This document shows positions 1 to 12,068 of a DNA stretch of 64,000 nt, piece by piece. The stretch lies in NCBI RefSeq assembly GCF_001194135.2, contig NC_068981.1, forward strand, positions 38,231,727 to 38,295,726, written 5' to 3'. Source of the DNA: Octopus bimaculoides. Lineage: Eukaryota. The position numbers and the translations under genes are program-made. The first letter of the stretch is position 1, and every line of letters begins with the position of its first letter. The notes under the pieces were generated by a model that worked only from the letters and a program-made list of their open reading frames with translations, ran no database searches and was not told the DNA's origin.

Positions 1-63
1 TCAGTGTTTCAACTCTGTGTGGGTATATGTGTGTATGTAAAAGGGAAGTATGTGAGTGTTTGT

Positions 64-65
<2 letters not shown>

Positions 66-106
<41 letters not shown>
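66..106. repeat. (GT)n microsatellite
   Basis: Uninterrupted GT dinucleotide run. Confidence 0.95.
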
Positions 107-107
<1 letters not shown>

Positions 108-286
108 AATGGAAATGGGATGGTGAACATTCAACACTGAAAAGAAAAATCAAACAGCATTTCAACTCTGTTTGATTATATGTGTATATGTGTGTGCATG
201 TACAAAGGAAGTATGTGAATATATCTGTGATTATTATGTACCTTATTTTATAACTTATCTATATATAAAATACTACNNNNNNNNNN

Positions 287-500
287 CATTTCGAGCGTGG
301 CCGTTTTCGTGCGGGTGACACGTAAAAGCACCCACTACACTCTCTGAGTGGTTGGCGTTAGGAAGGGCATCCAGCTGTAGAAACTCTGCCAAATCAGACT
401 GGAGCCTGGTGTTGCCATCCGGTTTCACCAGTCCTCAGTCAAATCGTCCAACCCATGCTAGCATGGAAAGCGGACGTTAAACGATGATGATGATGATGAT
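287..500 (+). mobile_element. RTE-clade LINE 3' UTR fragment with (GAT)n tail, young subfamily
   Basis: Reverse complement is near-identical to 10082-10296 and to the copy at 63691. Ends GGAAAGCGGACGTTAAAC(GAT)n. Begins directly after an N gap. Confidence 0.85.
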
Positions 501-839
501 ATATATATATTCTTAAAACTTGCACCTTAAATGAGGACAAATTGCTGAGATTAATTGAAGTTATTAATTTTGAAGTTTTATATGTTAATAATTAGGTATG
601 AAATATGGACAGGAGTGTTCAGACCTGGGAAAAAAATATTGGCTGTGTGTAGAACACTGTCTAGAAGTTTGAGACTATAGATGTGATACGAATGTAATAA
701 AAAAAAAAAGACAGATGTTTTATGCAAATTTAGATATAGTTAACATACAGACAGTAAAATTCATAACACCAAAGATTTTTTGTAATATCAGAAGTAAAAG
801 AGAAAAAGTATGTTTAAAGGACAAAATTAAAGTTATTTA

Positions 840-980
840 ACCCTAGTCAGTACTGGTAAAGTAGTCCTATAATCAAAAGCCTTCCAGCCATAACCATCCT
901 CTATTTAGAGGTAACTGGAACTACATTATATAACATATCATTTTGATTTTTTAAGGTAGTAGTGTTGTTAGTGTTCACAA
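840..980 (+). repeat. Unclassified dispersed repeat, decayed copy (AAAGGCATTCCAGCCATGACCATC-type motif)
   Basis: aaagccttccagccataaccatcc resembles 26619-26645 and the reverse-strand copies near 6780-6810 and 42190-42340. Confidence 0.45.
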
Positions 981-2695
981 AAACCAACTACTGGGCCAGT
1001 TGGAAGGCTTTTATCTAGGTACGATGGAGTATAAAGAGTGTGAATAATTTAGATATGAGATCAGAGTAAATATGATATGTATAGGATTTTAAGGTATTAT
1101 GATTATATGTATATTATTAGCAATTATTCAAGATTGAAATATATTCTAACATTGAAAAGACAATGCAGGCTTAAAGTTGCAGTTTTAAATAGTGAAAAAG
1201 AGACGTATATACTCTCTTGAAGTCAATCAACCTATCATTAGTGAATGACATGCAATTGATTACATTTAGCACGCCTATGTGAGATGAAAGGAATATCAGC
1301 TGATTGAATCACACAATAGATTAAAATGAATACCCAGATATAAGTAATCACATAATAGCTTAAGATTTTAACAATTCAGAATGAATGTTCAATATATATA
1401 TTTTTTTTTGCTATAATCACCTTTCCTACTATCTCAAGACATCAGATCAACTGTTCTGGCATTTCATACACACTACACTTGCCTTTGTGCAATAGTATCT
1501 ACATAGTGCATAAAGGTTTAATTTTTTTCATCTCAACTAGAATTACTTGACATTTTGGCCTCTCCAATTACTGGATACTCTAGCATTAAAGATGTGAAAT
1601 ATTGTTAGATCTTAAACAATTCTTTGATCTTATGGTAATTAACCATGCATTATATTACAGTTTGGTCTTTATTGTTAGATATAACATTAGGTATAAAGAA
1701 TTGTTAGACTGAAATAATGGTTGATTACAGTATGTTTAATCTATAATTACTGGTGTTGTTCTGCCCTTGGAAGAGAAGTAAAAGGAAAAGCAATATACAA
1801 GTTAAGGGAAACTTTGTTATCAAGCAGAAGACAGGAATAAAATTCTTTTTTAAATAGAAATTATGTAAGTAAGAATAAGGAAGATCGAAGTTAGTTATGC
1901 ATATCTGGAGCAAGAATGAAAATATAGGCTACTTTTTGAAAGCTTAAATTATGAATATACTAATCCAAAACTTATATAAAGAGATTTTCTTTGTCACTGT
2001 AAACGAACAGTAAAATCATGTTTCACTTTTAATGAAGATATATCACTGTTCACATACATGCATGTAAAATTTTAAAAGGCATATGCATTGACACATGTAT
2101 TTAAACACATTTACACACATGCACATGCTTCACAATAGCAAGTTTTTTACATCTAACTACAGTATATCAATGCAGCAAATTAGGGACATGCCAAATTATC
2201 TGAAGTTTATTATTTCATTTAAAAGTAGTTGGATAGACACAAGTATGTAACTACTCAACGTGAAAAGTAGAAAATCTCTAGTAATGGCTCTCACAGAAAC
2301 TGACATCTCATTTTGCAAGTAAACCACACAGACATGTATATAAATGATTGAATTCAAACAAACATTAAAATAACCATAAAATTTTTTATACCTTATACTT
2401 TGTTTTCTCACTAGAATGGCAGAATCATGATCAAAGAGAAAACATATATATNNNNNNNNNNNNNNNNNNNNNNNNNNNNNNNNNNNNNNNNNNNNNNNNN
2501 NNNNNNNNNNNNNNNNNNNNNNNNNNNNNNNNNNNNNNNNNNNNNNNNNNNNNNNNNNNNNNNNNNNNNNNNNNNNNNNNNNNNNNNNNNNNNNNNNNNN
2601 NNNNNNNNNNNNNNNNNNNNNNNNNNNNNNNNNNNNNNNNNNNNNNNNNNNNNNNNNNNNNNNNNNNNNNNNNNNNNNNNNNNNNNNNNNNNNNN

Positions 2696-2940
2696 CCATG
2701 CTGGAACACTGCCTTTTAGTCGAAGAAGTCAACCCCTGGACTTATTCTTTGTAAGCCTGGTGCTTATTCTAGCAGTTTCTTTTGCTGAACTGCTAAGCTA
2801 TGGGGATGCAAACATATTAACGTCAGTTGTCAAACAATGGTGGGGGGGGGGGGCAAACACAGACACAAACACACCAAATCCATTTATAAAGCTTTAGTCA
2901 GCCTGAGGCTATAGTAGAAGACACTCAAGTTAGAAAACCT
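2696..2940 (-). mobile_element. tRNA-derived SINE (family D), partial
   Basis: Aligns by eye with 8527-8946 (ttattctttgtaagcct, ttttgctgaactgctaag, gaggctatagtagaagacac). Runs into an N gap. Confidence 0.75.
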
Positions 2941-2999
2941 AGTAATGTGGATCACTTTACATGTGTATACATACATATACATATATATATATATATATG

Positions 3000-3115
3000 T
3001 AAATCAGACTGAAAACTGGTGCAGCTATCCAGCTTACCAGTTCCAGTCGAACCACCCAATCTATGCCAACATAGAAAGTAGACATTAAATAATGACAATG
3101 ATGATGATGATGATA
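3000..3115 (+). mobile_element. RTE 3' tail fragment, decayed
   Basis: aaatcagactg...acccaatctatgccaacatagaaagtagacattaaat followed by (GAT)n matches the tail at 287-500. Confidence 0.7.
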
Positions 3116-3137
3116 TGTATATATATCATACATACAT

Positions 3138-3172
<35 letters not shown>

Positions 3173-3182
3173 NNNNNNNNNN

Positions 3183-3221
<39 letters not shown>

Positions 3222-4152
3222 ACATATATATATGGGTGGATTTAGATATAAATTTACACATATATATTCAATAATATGCATTTAATTGTATTTATAAATA
3301 CATGAGAATTGAATTTTAAACATACAGTACAAAGAGCATATTTGTCTGGGCAATAAGGAAAGATATAATTTCTTTCTAATGTTAAGTTATCTTTTAAGAT
3401 AGTTAAATTGGCTTCAAGAAACATCATCTGTGATGAAGTAAAATCAAAGAAGACATGAAATTATACTTGAAATAGTGACATTGGATGAAGTTAAATTATG
3501 ATATACAGTATTGAAGTCCTGTCTAACACATGCAGGATAGAAAAATTGATATTTGCAATATGATAGTGATATGAATGCCAATAGAGTAAGATGGTGTAGG
3601 ATAGAAACCTAAATATTTCCCAAGATTTTTTAAAGCATACTGAGCATATAACCTAGGCACCAAGATATTTAGAAAATACTTTATCTCCCTTTTTTTCAAT
3701 AAAATGCATGAATTTTCCCAACACTGAATTATATAATCTATACATATAATGGATTGATGTTGCTGCAGTATGCATTCACAGTTGAATTGCCAGAAATCAA
3801 AACAAAACAGAGTCTAGTAAACAAAACTTCATTAACTAACATAACTCCATCCAGCTGTACATTTGCACCTCCACCACAGAGGGAATTATATGTAAAAAAG
3901 GGAATCTTTCTGTTTCTTTTTCTCTATGACTACTACAATGTTCTTAGCTTCCAAATTGCTGTTTAAAGGGAAAAAGTGTTACCTAAACTCAGGTGATATA
4001 CCTGCTTCTTTTACTTCCATCATCTTATAAATAACACGATGATGATAGTCTCTTGTGCTCCAAGAAAGATGGTTCTGACATTTCTTGCTATACAATTGGC
4101 TCAAATGATTGGTATATAACGATCATATGTATATGCTGTACATTAGCCCACA

Positions 4153-4336
4153 CCCTCATTAAATCGATGTTGCCTGGACAGGTACATAACGTATCACGTC
4201 AGGTGTTGAAGTGATTGCAGAGAGGTGTGAGATGAAACCTTTTGCTCATGATTACAACACCCCACCTGGTTCAAAATTTTAAACCACAATGTCACAATCA
4301 TGAGTGCCACAGCTTAACTACTATGCCATTTGCCCT
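4153..4336 (-). mobile_element. tRNA-derived SINE (family A), decayed
   Basis: Similar to 20462-20652 and to the reverse complement of 12925-13205. A-box and B-box-like motifs on the minus strand. Confidence 0.7.
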
Positions 4337-5716
4337 CACAAGTCTCTACATTCATTCTTTCTTCTCTGAAACTGCATTCCTTTTAAACTGCCATCCTTAG
4401 TATATTTTGCTTCACACAAAAACTTCAGTAGTTAATTATAAGCAATAAATGTGATTGAAACTAACTACCCTTCTTTATCTTTATTTGTTGAAGAGGCTAG
4501 AAAGGCTTCATATATTTGCATCTTCAACACAGAGGAAATTATAAGCAGAAAAGGGATAACGGTGTTTCACTGAAACTTAAGCACCCTCCATTATTGAAAA
4601 TACTTTCCTTTTCTCCAGTTTCATGAAAAAGTATGAAACAAAGAAAAAATAGAAAATAAGGGCATTTTAAATATAACTGAAAAATACTCTCTTTCTTACT
4701 CTGACTTCCCAATCTCTTTTGATTGAAGTTATACTAAAAGATGATGTAGGTTTAGCAGTACTGGAAGAATCTGCTTGCAGTTTTATGATACAATCGTGCC
4801 ATCTCTTCTACTTTATGCATAAGGCAGCATATTCAATAAGATATATTACATAGAAGTGAAAGAGAAAAAGATTTATAATGTAAACAACCAGAAATTAAAT
4901 TTTAAAAATTATTAAAGCAGAGAAACCATGAATTTGTTATGTCCAGAAAACAGAAACGAAGTTTCTTTTGTGTATGTGTGCACGTGCATGCATGCATGTG
5001 TGTGTGTGTGTGTGTATGTGTGTGTGTGCACATGCATCCACGTATGTGTATGTGCACATGCATGTGTGTGTGTGCTCTGCAACATAAGTTATTACAACTT
5101 TTTGACAAGATATATGATAAAGCAAATTTCATCATTCCGAGTTAAACAAGAATATATACAGTAGTATATCATGATATATAGCTCAAATGAGAACACTCTT
5201 GTTCTAGCTAGACTTAAGCTGTTTGTAAAGAAGGTATAGTCAAAATAGATTTCATCTGGAAAGCTAATTTACAAGAAATTAGCTTCATATGAATCAGTTC
5301 CCAGTAGAAGGTTTGTTTCAAATTAGTCTGACATTTCAAAAACTGGAATTAAAAAGTCATCAAGTTTAGAAAATGATTTAAATGATAAACTCATATAGAC
5401 CAATAAGTCTTACCTTAATTAAACCCACTCCTTATTTAAAATAATCCATTGAAGTTAATTATTCAGAGATGTCATCCATATAAAAGTAATGGTTAAGTGA
5501 GCATTAGCATATTTAATGTAGTTAGTATCAAAAATCTAATTAGAAATAATTATGCTGTGAGAGAGGAACATTACTTTAGTTTCTACTAATGTGTACAAAC
5601 AAGTACAGAATACAATTTCAGACACATTTCTGACTTATTAGAATTTTACAGTTAAGTTTAGGTTTCACTGTACTAACCAAACTAGCAAGAAGGTGAATAC
5701 TACAATCATATACAAT

Positions 5717-6096
5717 TGTTGGCACTCTGTCGCTTACGACGTCGAGGGTTCCAGTTGATCCGATCAACAGAACAGCCTGCTCATGAAATTAATGTGCAAG
5801 TGGCTGAGCACTCTGCAGACACGTGTACCCTTAACGTAGTTCTCGGGGATATTCAGTGTGACACAGTGTGACAAGGCTGACCCTTTGAATTACAGGCACA
5901 ACAGAAACAGGAAGTAAGAGTGAGAGAAAGTTGTGGTGGAAGAGTACAGCAGGGTTCGCCACCATCCCCTGCCAGAGCATCGTGGAGCTTTAGATGTTTT
6001 CGCCTAATAAACACTCACAACGCCCGGTCTGGGAATCGAAACCGCAATCCTATGACCGCGAGTCCGCTGCCCTAACCACTGGGTCATTGCACCTCC
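5717..6096 (-). mobile_element. Full-length tRNA-derived SINE (family B) with 15-bp TSD
   Basis: Minus strand starts GGAGGTGCAATGACCCAGTGGTTAGGGCAGCGGACTCGCGGTCATAGGATTGCGGTTTCGATTCCC (tRNA-like, A and B boxes) and ends GTGCCAACAA. Perfect direct repeat ACAATCATATACAAT at 5702-5716 and 6097-6111. Confidence 0.9.
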
Positions 6097-6599
6097 ACAA
6101 TCATATACAATATTATACAGGTTTCAGAAAAAATAACATAATTAAAAAAAGCAAAACACTGAATTTAATTATTGACACTTGTGTGCATGAATTATATAGG
6201 TTCAGGCATAGTTGCTTAGCTAAGAAGTTTACTTTGCATTCATGAGAGAGATCTGAGTAATTAATCCTAATGTTATAAATTTTAAAACTACAAATATTTC
6301 ATGACAATTTATACACAGTACTGTACATCTAGTAAGTGAGTCTCTCATCGATAATTTCAGCAAAGACAGTGAAGTGTATACTCCACATTAAACATATGTC
6401 TTTTTCTCGCAACATAAGTATTTGTAATTAGAGTTTTTACATTCAAAAATACATTAAAACTAATTTAGATAATTTTTATCCAAATCCATGCATTTATTGC
6501 CTCTACATTTTTTCAATTTTACCAATATAGATTTATTTATGTTACATAAATCATTTTGTTGAGGCTAAAATAATTTTCAAGTGAACATCTAAACACCAC

Positions 6600-6850
6600 C
6601 TGAAAGCCTCTACATGATTGCTTTGCCCACAAAAATTATCATGTAAAATATGTCCATCTTATCATACACTGAAGGCAAGTGCTTCATTGCAGCTTTAGCT
6701 GTAGTGGATAAGATAAATTAAAGCAAACACTAACAAGGTAGGGTATTTACAGCTAGATTATGTCTGAATAAAAAACAGGATGTTCATGGCTGGAATGATT
6801 TTACTCATAAAACTACCTAATCAGAGCTAGCAATGAATCAAACAACAACT
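6600..6850 (-). repeat. Unclassified dispersed repeat, decayed (same family as 26575-26770)
   Basis: ggatgttcatggctggaatg is the reverse complement of the cattccagccatgaccatcc-type motif. Confidence 0.45.
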
Positions 6851-7270
6851 TGCATTAATTCATCATTCAAGATTGCCGAAAATCTTAATTAAATTAGGTT
6901 TTGTTCTGACTAAGACAAAAAAGTAAATCAATTATTTTCAGTTATTATGTTTATTTAAACCTCATTGATTACACTAATCAATTACAACTGCTATAGTAAT
7001 TAATAGCAAGGCTATACAAAATCTGATTATATTGAAATGCTTCCTTTTATAATCTAAATAAAAATTAGTTGAGTAGCAGAAATTGTAAATTCAAAACTAA
7101 ATATCTTACCTTATTTAGTTTTATTCATTTAGTGCTGGAGTTCAAATTTTGCTAAGTCAAGTTGATGAAATAAGACTTTGACGGGAGTTGGTTAAAAAGA
7201 ACACCACCATAATCAACCAAGTTAATTCTTTTTTTTTTTTTGTATCAGGCAAATGTAAAAGATATCATTA

Positions 7271-7620
7271 TGTTAGGTCATTATGTCAAATGAAATGTCT
7301 GATTTTGAACAGAAAGTTTATTTTACTTTATCTCAACAAAAAGCAATGCAGTTAATCAAAGTATACACCTAAATTATCAACACAATTTTGCCATTTTATC
7401 GGTAGCTTATTTATGCCAGCAGCAAAGAATTCTGGAGAGCAAGAGATGATGAAATCACATAAAGCTGTCTTTGCATCTTCTTCAGAGTTGAAGTTTTTTT
7501 CCTTGCAAAATGTTGTCTAATGCCTGGAAAACGTGATAGTCAGTTGATGCAAGGTCTGGTGAATACGGTGGGTGACAGAGTACTTCCAAGTTCAGTTCCT
7601 GTAACTTAAGTAGTGTTCAA
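7271..7620 (-). mobile_element. Mariner DNA transposon, 3' fragment (transposase C-terminus and right TIR)
   Basis: Minus strand translates TLLKLQELNLEVLCHPPYSPDLASTDYHVFQALDNILQGKK...KWQNCVDNLGVYFD*. YSPDLA-x-xD is the mariner third-aspartate motif. The end TTAGGTCATTA lies next to TA. Aligns with 35821-36135. Confidence 0.9.
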
Positions 7621-7639
7621 CTTGTATATATATATATGT

Positions 7640-8155
7640 ATATAGTGGTGATGCATGATCTTTGAACACTGGACCACACTGAAGCAATGACAAGTGACCG
7701 AGACCTTTGGCAATATGCTGTGCTTAAGAAAGGTGGCGAGCTACCAGGAACATTAGCACGCTGGGTGAAACACTTAGTGGTATTTTGTCTGTCTTTACGT
7801 TCTGAGTTCAAATTCTGCTGAGGTTGATTTTGCTTTTCATCCTTTTGGAGTCGTTAAATTAAGTACCAGTTGCATACTGAGATCGATCTTATCGACTGGC
7901 CATCCTCCCCCAAAATTCGGGCCTTGTGCCTGGAATAGAAAAAAAGAGATTATACCATGCTTAAGAAAACCTGTCTAGTCAAGTGGAATCATAGATGTGG
8001 CCAATGCCAGTGTTGTGCAATTGGCACCCATTCCAGTGTCACATAAAAAGTATCCTTTGTATGTTCGGTGATAGCCATGCTTCAGAAGACTGGTCAAGCC
8101 AAGTGAAATCATACCCATGCCAGCTTGGAAAACAGACGTTAAATGATGAAGATGG
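7640..8155 (+). mobile_element. RTE LINE 3' end (ORF C-terminus, UTR and tail), interrupted by a SINE
   Basis: Translates VVMHDL*TLDHTEAMTSDRDLWQYAVLKK, matching the ORF end at 10466-10591. Resumes after 7968 and ends GGAAAACAGACGTTAAATGATGAAGATG. Confidence 0.8.
7732..7957 (+). mobile_element. tRNA-derived SINE (family C) with 11-bp TSD
   Basis: GGTGGCGAGCTACCAGGAACATTAGC...GAGTTCAAATTC...CTTTTCATCCTTTTGGAGTCGTTAAATTAAGTACCAG. TGCTTAAGAAA duplicated at 7721-7731 and 7958-7968. Homologous to 11866-12068 and 32819-33022. Confidence 0.88.
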
Positions 8156-8159
8156 TATA

Positions 8160-8465
8160 TATCATCATCATCATCATCATCATCACCGTTTAACGTTCAC
8201 TTTCCATGCTAGCATGGGTTGGACGATTTGACTGAGGACTGGCGAATCAGATGGCTGTACTAGGCTCCAATCTGATTGGCAGAGTTTCTACAGCTGGATG
8301 CCCTTCCTAACGCTGACAACTCCGAGAGTGTAGTGGGTGCTTTTATGTGGCACCGGCATGAGGGCCAGTCAGGCAGTACTAGCAACGGCCACGCTCAAAT
8401 GGTGTTTTTTACATGCCACCTGCACAGGAGCCAGTCCAGACCTCGCTCGAATGTTTTTTCACGTG
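8160..8465 (-). mobile_element. RTE LINE 3' UTR with (GAT)n tail
   Basis: (ATC)n followed by cgtttaacgttcactttccatgctagcatgggttggacg; homologous to 10082-10400. Confidence 0.88.
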
Positions 8466-8467
8466 CC

Positions 8468-8526
<59 letters not shown>

Positions 8527-8527
<1 letters not shown>

Positions 8528-8731
8528 TCTTTTATTTGGTTCAGTCATTTGACTGAGTACTGCCTTAAAGAGTTTTTCTTGTACTGAAAAATTTGACTCT
8601 AGCATTTATTCTTTGTAAGCCTAGCACTTAATCATTGATCGCTTTTGCTGAACTGCTAATGGGTACATAAACACACCAACATCAGTTGTTAAGTGATGAT
8701 GGAGGCGATAAACACAGACACATAGACACAT

Positions 8732-8775
<44 letters not shown>

Positions 8776-8946
8776 ACATATATATACAACGAGCTTCTTT
8801 CAGTTTCAGTCTACCAATTCCACTCACAAGGTCTTGGTTGGTTTGAGGCTATAGTAGAAGACACTTGCCCAAGGTGCCACACAATGAGACTGAACCTGGA
8901 ACCATGTGGTTGGGAAGCAGCCTTCTTACCACATACCCACACCAGC
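8527..8946 (-). mobile_element. Near full-length tRNA-derived SINE (family D) with internal (TG)n
   Basis: Minus strand has a tRNA-like head (TGGGTATGTGGTAAG...GGTTCAGTCTC), CCTTGGGCAAGTGTCTTCTACTATAGCCTC (resembles the CORE-SINE CCTTGGGCAAG motif), an internal TG tract and a 3' end AAATGACTGAACCAAATAAAAGAATA. Other copies at 2696, 40000, 40680 and 57815. Confidence 0.82.
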
Positions 8947-9421
8947 ATATATATATATATATATANNNNNNNNNNNNNNNNNNNNNNNNNNNNNNNNNNN
9001 NNNNNNNNNNNNNNNNNNNNNNNNNNNNNNNNNNNNNNNNNNNNNNNNNNNNNNNNNNNNNNNNNNNNNNNNNNNNNNNNNNNNNNNNNNNNNNNNNNNN
9101 NNNNNNNNNNNNNNNNNNNNNNNNNNNNNNNNNNNNNNNNNNNNNNNNNNNNNNNNNNNNNNNNNNNNNNNNNNNNNNNNNNNNNNNNNNNNNNNNNNNN
9201 NNNNNNNNNNNNNNNNNNNNNNNNNNNNNNNNNNNNNNNNNNNNNNNNNNNNNNNNNNNNNNNNNNNNNNNNNNNNNNNNNNNNNNNNNNNNNNNNNNNN
9301 NNNNNNNNNNNNNNNNNNNNNNNNNNNNNNNNNNNNNNNNNNNNNNNNNNNNNNNNNNNNNNNNNNNNNNNNNNNNNNNNNNNNNNNNNNNNNNNNNNNN
9401 NNNNNNNNNNNNNNNNNNNNN

Positions 9422-9466
<45 letters not shown>

Positions 9467-10081
9467 GTATGTATACAGGTGTGAGAAGGTGTAACTGTGA
9501 GTACAATGACTTCTAGATTTCACCTAAAATTCCAAACAGGAAAATTATATTAACAAATCAATATGACTAATGACCTGAGGCAATAAACAGAAATCACTGG
9601 TGACCTGGTAAAGTAAGATGGTATTTGGTTGAATATTTTCTTATATCTAATGTTCAAAAAGAATTTAAGGCATTCACTTTAAAGAAGTGTTGGTTTTGGT
9701 TTTGGATCAAGGCACTCCCTGTTTCTATACTTTTCTGAAACTATGTTTTCAATGCTTTTAAATATTCTCTTATCTATTGTGTACCAGCATGGGTCTCTAC
9801 AACATTATGACAAAAGTGTTCGGTATTTTATGGTTAAAATGTAAACCTTAGAGGGATATGGAGAAAATCTGAGACTATTACATTATCAGCTGAATGATAA
9901 GGTAAGTAGAACTGTGAGCCATCAAACTATTTTCGTCAATTCTTTGACACATCATATCTGAACAAAATGGAGGATTGATAGTTTAAATACCTAAGGAAGA
10001 ATAATGCTTTTCTTCTGCCTGAGATTATTACATCACTAGTCACTAATCTCATATACTTGTATGTAAGCATAATACTAAGAA

Positions 10082-10591
10082 TCATCATCATCATCATCAT
10101 CGTTTAACGTCCGCTTTCCATGCTAGCATGGGTTGGACGATTTGACTGAGGACTGGTGAAACCGGATGGCAACACCAGGCTCCAGTCTGATTTGGCAGAG
10201 TTTCTACAGCTGGATGCCCTTCCTAACGCCAACCACTCAGAGAGTGTAGTGGGTGCTTTTACGTGTCTCCCGCACGAAAACGGCCACGCTCGAAATGGTG
10301 TCTTTTATGTGCCACCCGCACAAGCCAGTCCAGGGGCACTGGCAACGATCTCGCTCGAAAATCCTACAGGAGCCAGTCAGGCGGTACTGGCAACGGCCAC
10401 GCTCAAAATGATGCATCTCATGTGCCACCCGCACAAGAACCAGTCCAGGGGCACTGGCAACGATCTTACTTGGCTTGCCGGGTCTTCTCACGCACAGCAC
10501 ATTTCCAAAGGTCTCGGTCAGTAGTCATCGCCTCGGTGAGGCCCAATGTACGAAGGTCTTGCCTCACCACCTCAGCCCAGGTCTTCCTGTG
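10082..10591 (-). mobile_element. 5'-truncated young RTE-clade LINE (ORF C-terminus, 3' UTR and (GAT)n tail)
   Basis: Minus strand encodes RKTWAEVVRQDLRTLGLTEAMTTDRDLWKCAVREKTRQAK* (stop at 10466-10468), a typical RTE ORF end (KTW...DL..LGL...A.DR..W). Followed by a ~390-nt UTR and a GAT tail. Confidence 0.9.
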
Positions 10592-10746
10592 GGGAATATA
10601 ATAAAAATACCTTTTATCTGTTTCAGTCAGTATTCTCAACATGATTTTTGTGAAGATAGATATGTTAATATTTGTGATATAAAAATACATATGTACATAA
10701 ACACATGCATGTGCACGTGCATGCCCACACACACACACACACACAT

Positions 10747-10796
<50 letters not shown>

Positions 10797-11865
10797 CATT
10801 AGGAGATGATTCTTTTAAATAGGTTTCAAATCATAGTACAGTCTACTGCATGATTTTTTCTCCCTTGTAGAAATATCTGCAGTAATTAGTTTTGTGAGAT
10901 TGATGTGCTGCCTATTGCGCTACCAAGAAGATCTCTTCTGGCAAATATTAATTCAATGTTAATGAAATGAAAAATTAAATTAGTGAATCACAGGGTTGCT
11001 TTTAGAATCAACATTCTTTTCATATCTTGCCATTTTGGTACTTAATAAATCCAATAATTCTGATTTTATAATTAACTTTTGCAAGCCTTTTAATATGCAA
11101 TGAGAGTTGATTCCATCAGTTTTATGATATAATTTAGAAATTTTCTTTCCTTCCTTTTTTTTCGTTTCTTTTCTTACATATGAGAATCTGTTTTTGTAAG
11201 AGTTCAAGGTTATAATTAACTTAATCATACTATATTACTAATATATTTTATTAACCACTGTGGGATTTGAACTCAGTAACATGGATCACTAACAGAGATG
11301 AAATAAAGCTTTTAGTGTTACTCTATTTTTCTCATTATAATATATGTAAGATACAATATTGATATTAAGTCTTCAAAAATTTTGTAACTTATCTTTCTTA
11401 AGTGATTAATTATCATTTCTTTTCCCATATAATTACCTAATTCTTTTTTAAATTGCAGATATATTAGTAATGAAATGATGTTATTATTATAACATCTATA
11501 TTGAAAGTTTAATGTAATTTTCATTCATTCATAAATAACACAGGTCAACAATTTTTTTTTTTTTTTTTTTGTGTTGTCAAAAACTTTCAACCTGAACTAC
11601 AGGTTTTTTAACCCACAGAATCCAAAAATTACATTAGTTTATTACTATCATGCCAAGACTTTAAGATACTGTATCCATAGTATTTGATGGTTTTGTCAAT
11701 AAAACAGCTTATGAAGAAAAGGCATGACATCCAAACAAACGTAGAAGTTACATATTTCAATTTAACTTGTAATCAGTTGAAGTATCAAGTTGTCTCTCAT
11801 GCTTTCCTTGGCCAGATTTCTTGCTAAGACTAGTAATCATTCTTCTCAATATTGATGTAATTTAA

Positions 11866-12068
11866 GGTGGCAAGCTGGCAGAATCATTAGCATGCTGGGC
11901 CAAATGCTCAGTGGCATTTCTTTTGTTGAGTTCAAATTCTGCTGGGATCGACTTTGATTCTCATCATTTTGGGGTCAATAAAATAAGTACCAGTTTAACA
12001 CTGGAGTCGATTTAATCGATTAATCCCCACGCACAAACCTTCAGGCCTTGTGCCAAATTATGAAACCA
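11866..12068 (+). mobile_element. tRNA-derived SINE (family C)
   Basis: Homologous to 7732-7957. Imperfect flanking duplication TTGATGTA(A/T)TTT. Confidence 0.82.

Noticed and set aside
1725-4110. Possible two-exon minus-strand gene end (donor near 3990, strong acceptor near 1760)
   Set aside because: Short frames, no recognisable protein and ambiguous phase; such splice-like signals are frequent by chance.
4902-5164. VC/HT/YI dipeptide-repeat ORFs here and at many other sites
   Set aside because: These are translations of dinucleotide microsatellites, open in several frames on both strands.
6020-6096. tRNA-like sequence, also at about 12925 and 20580-20652
   Set aside because: These are SINE heads that continue into repeat bodies (one with a TSD), not stand-alone tRNA genes.
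10082-10591. Initial reading of the GAT-tailed repeat as a SINE
   Set aside because: The longest copies extend into an RTE ORF C-terminus and have no Pol III boxes, so they are truncated LINEs.
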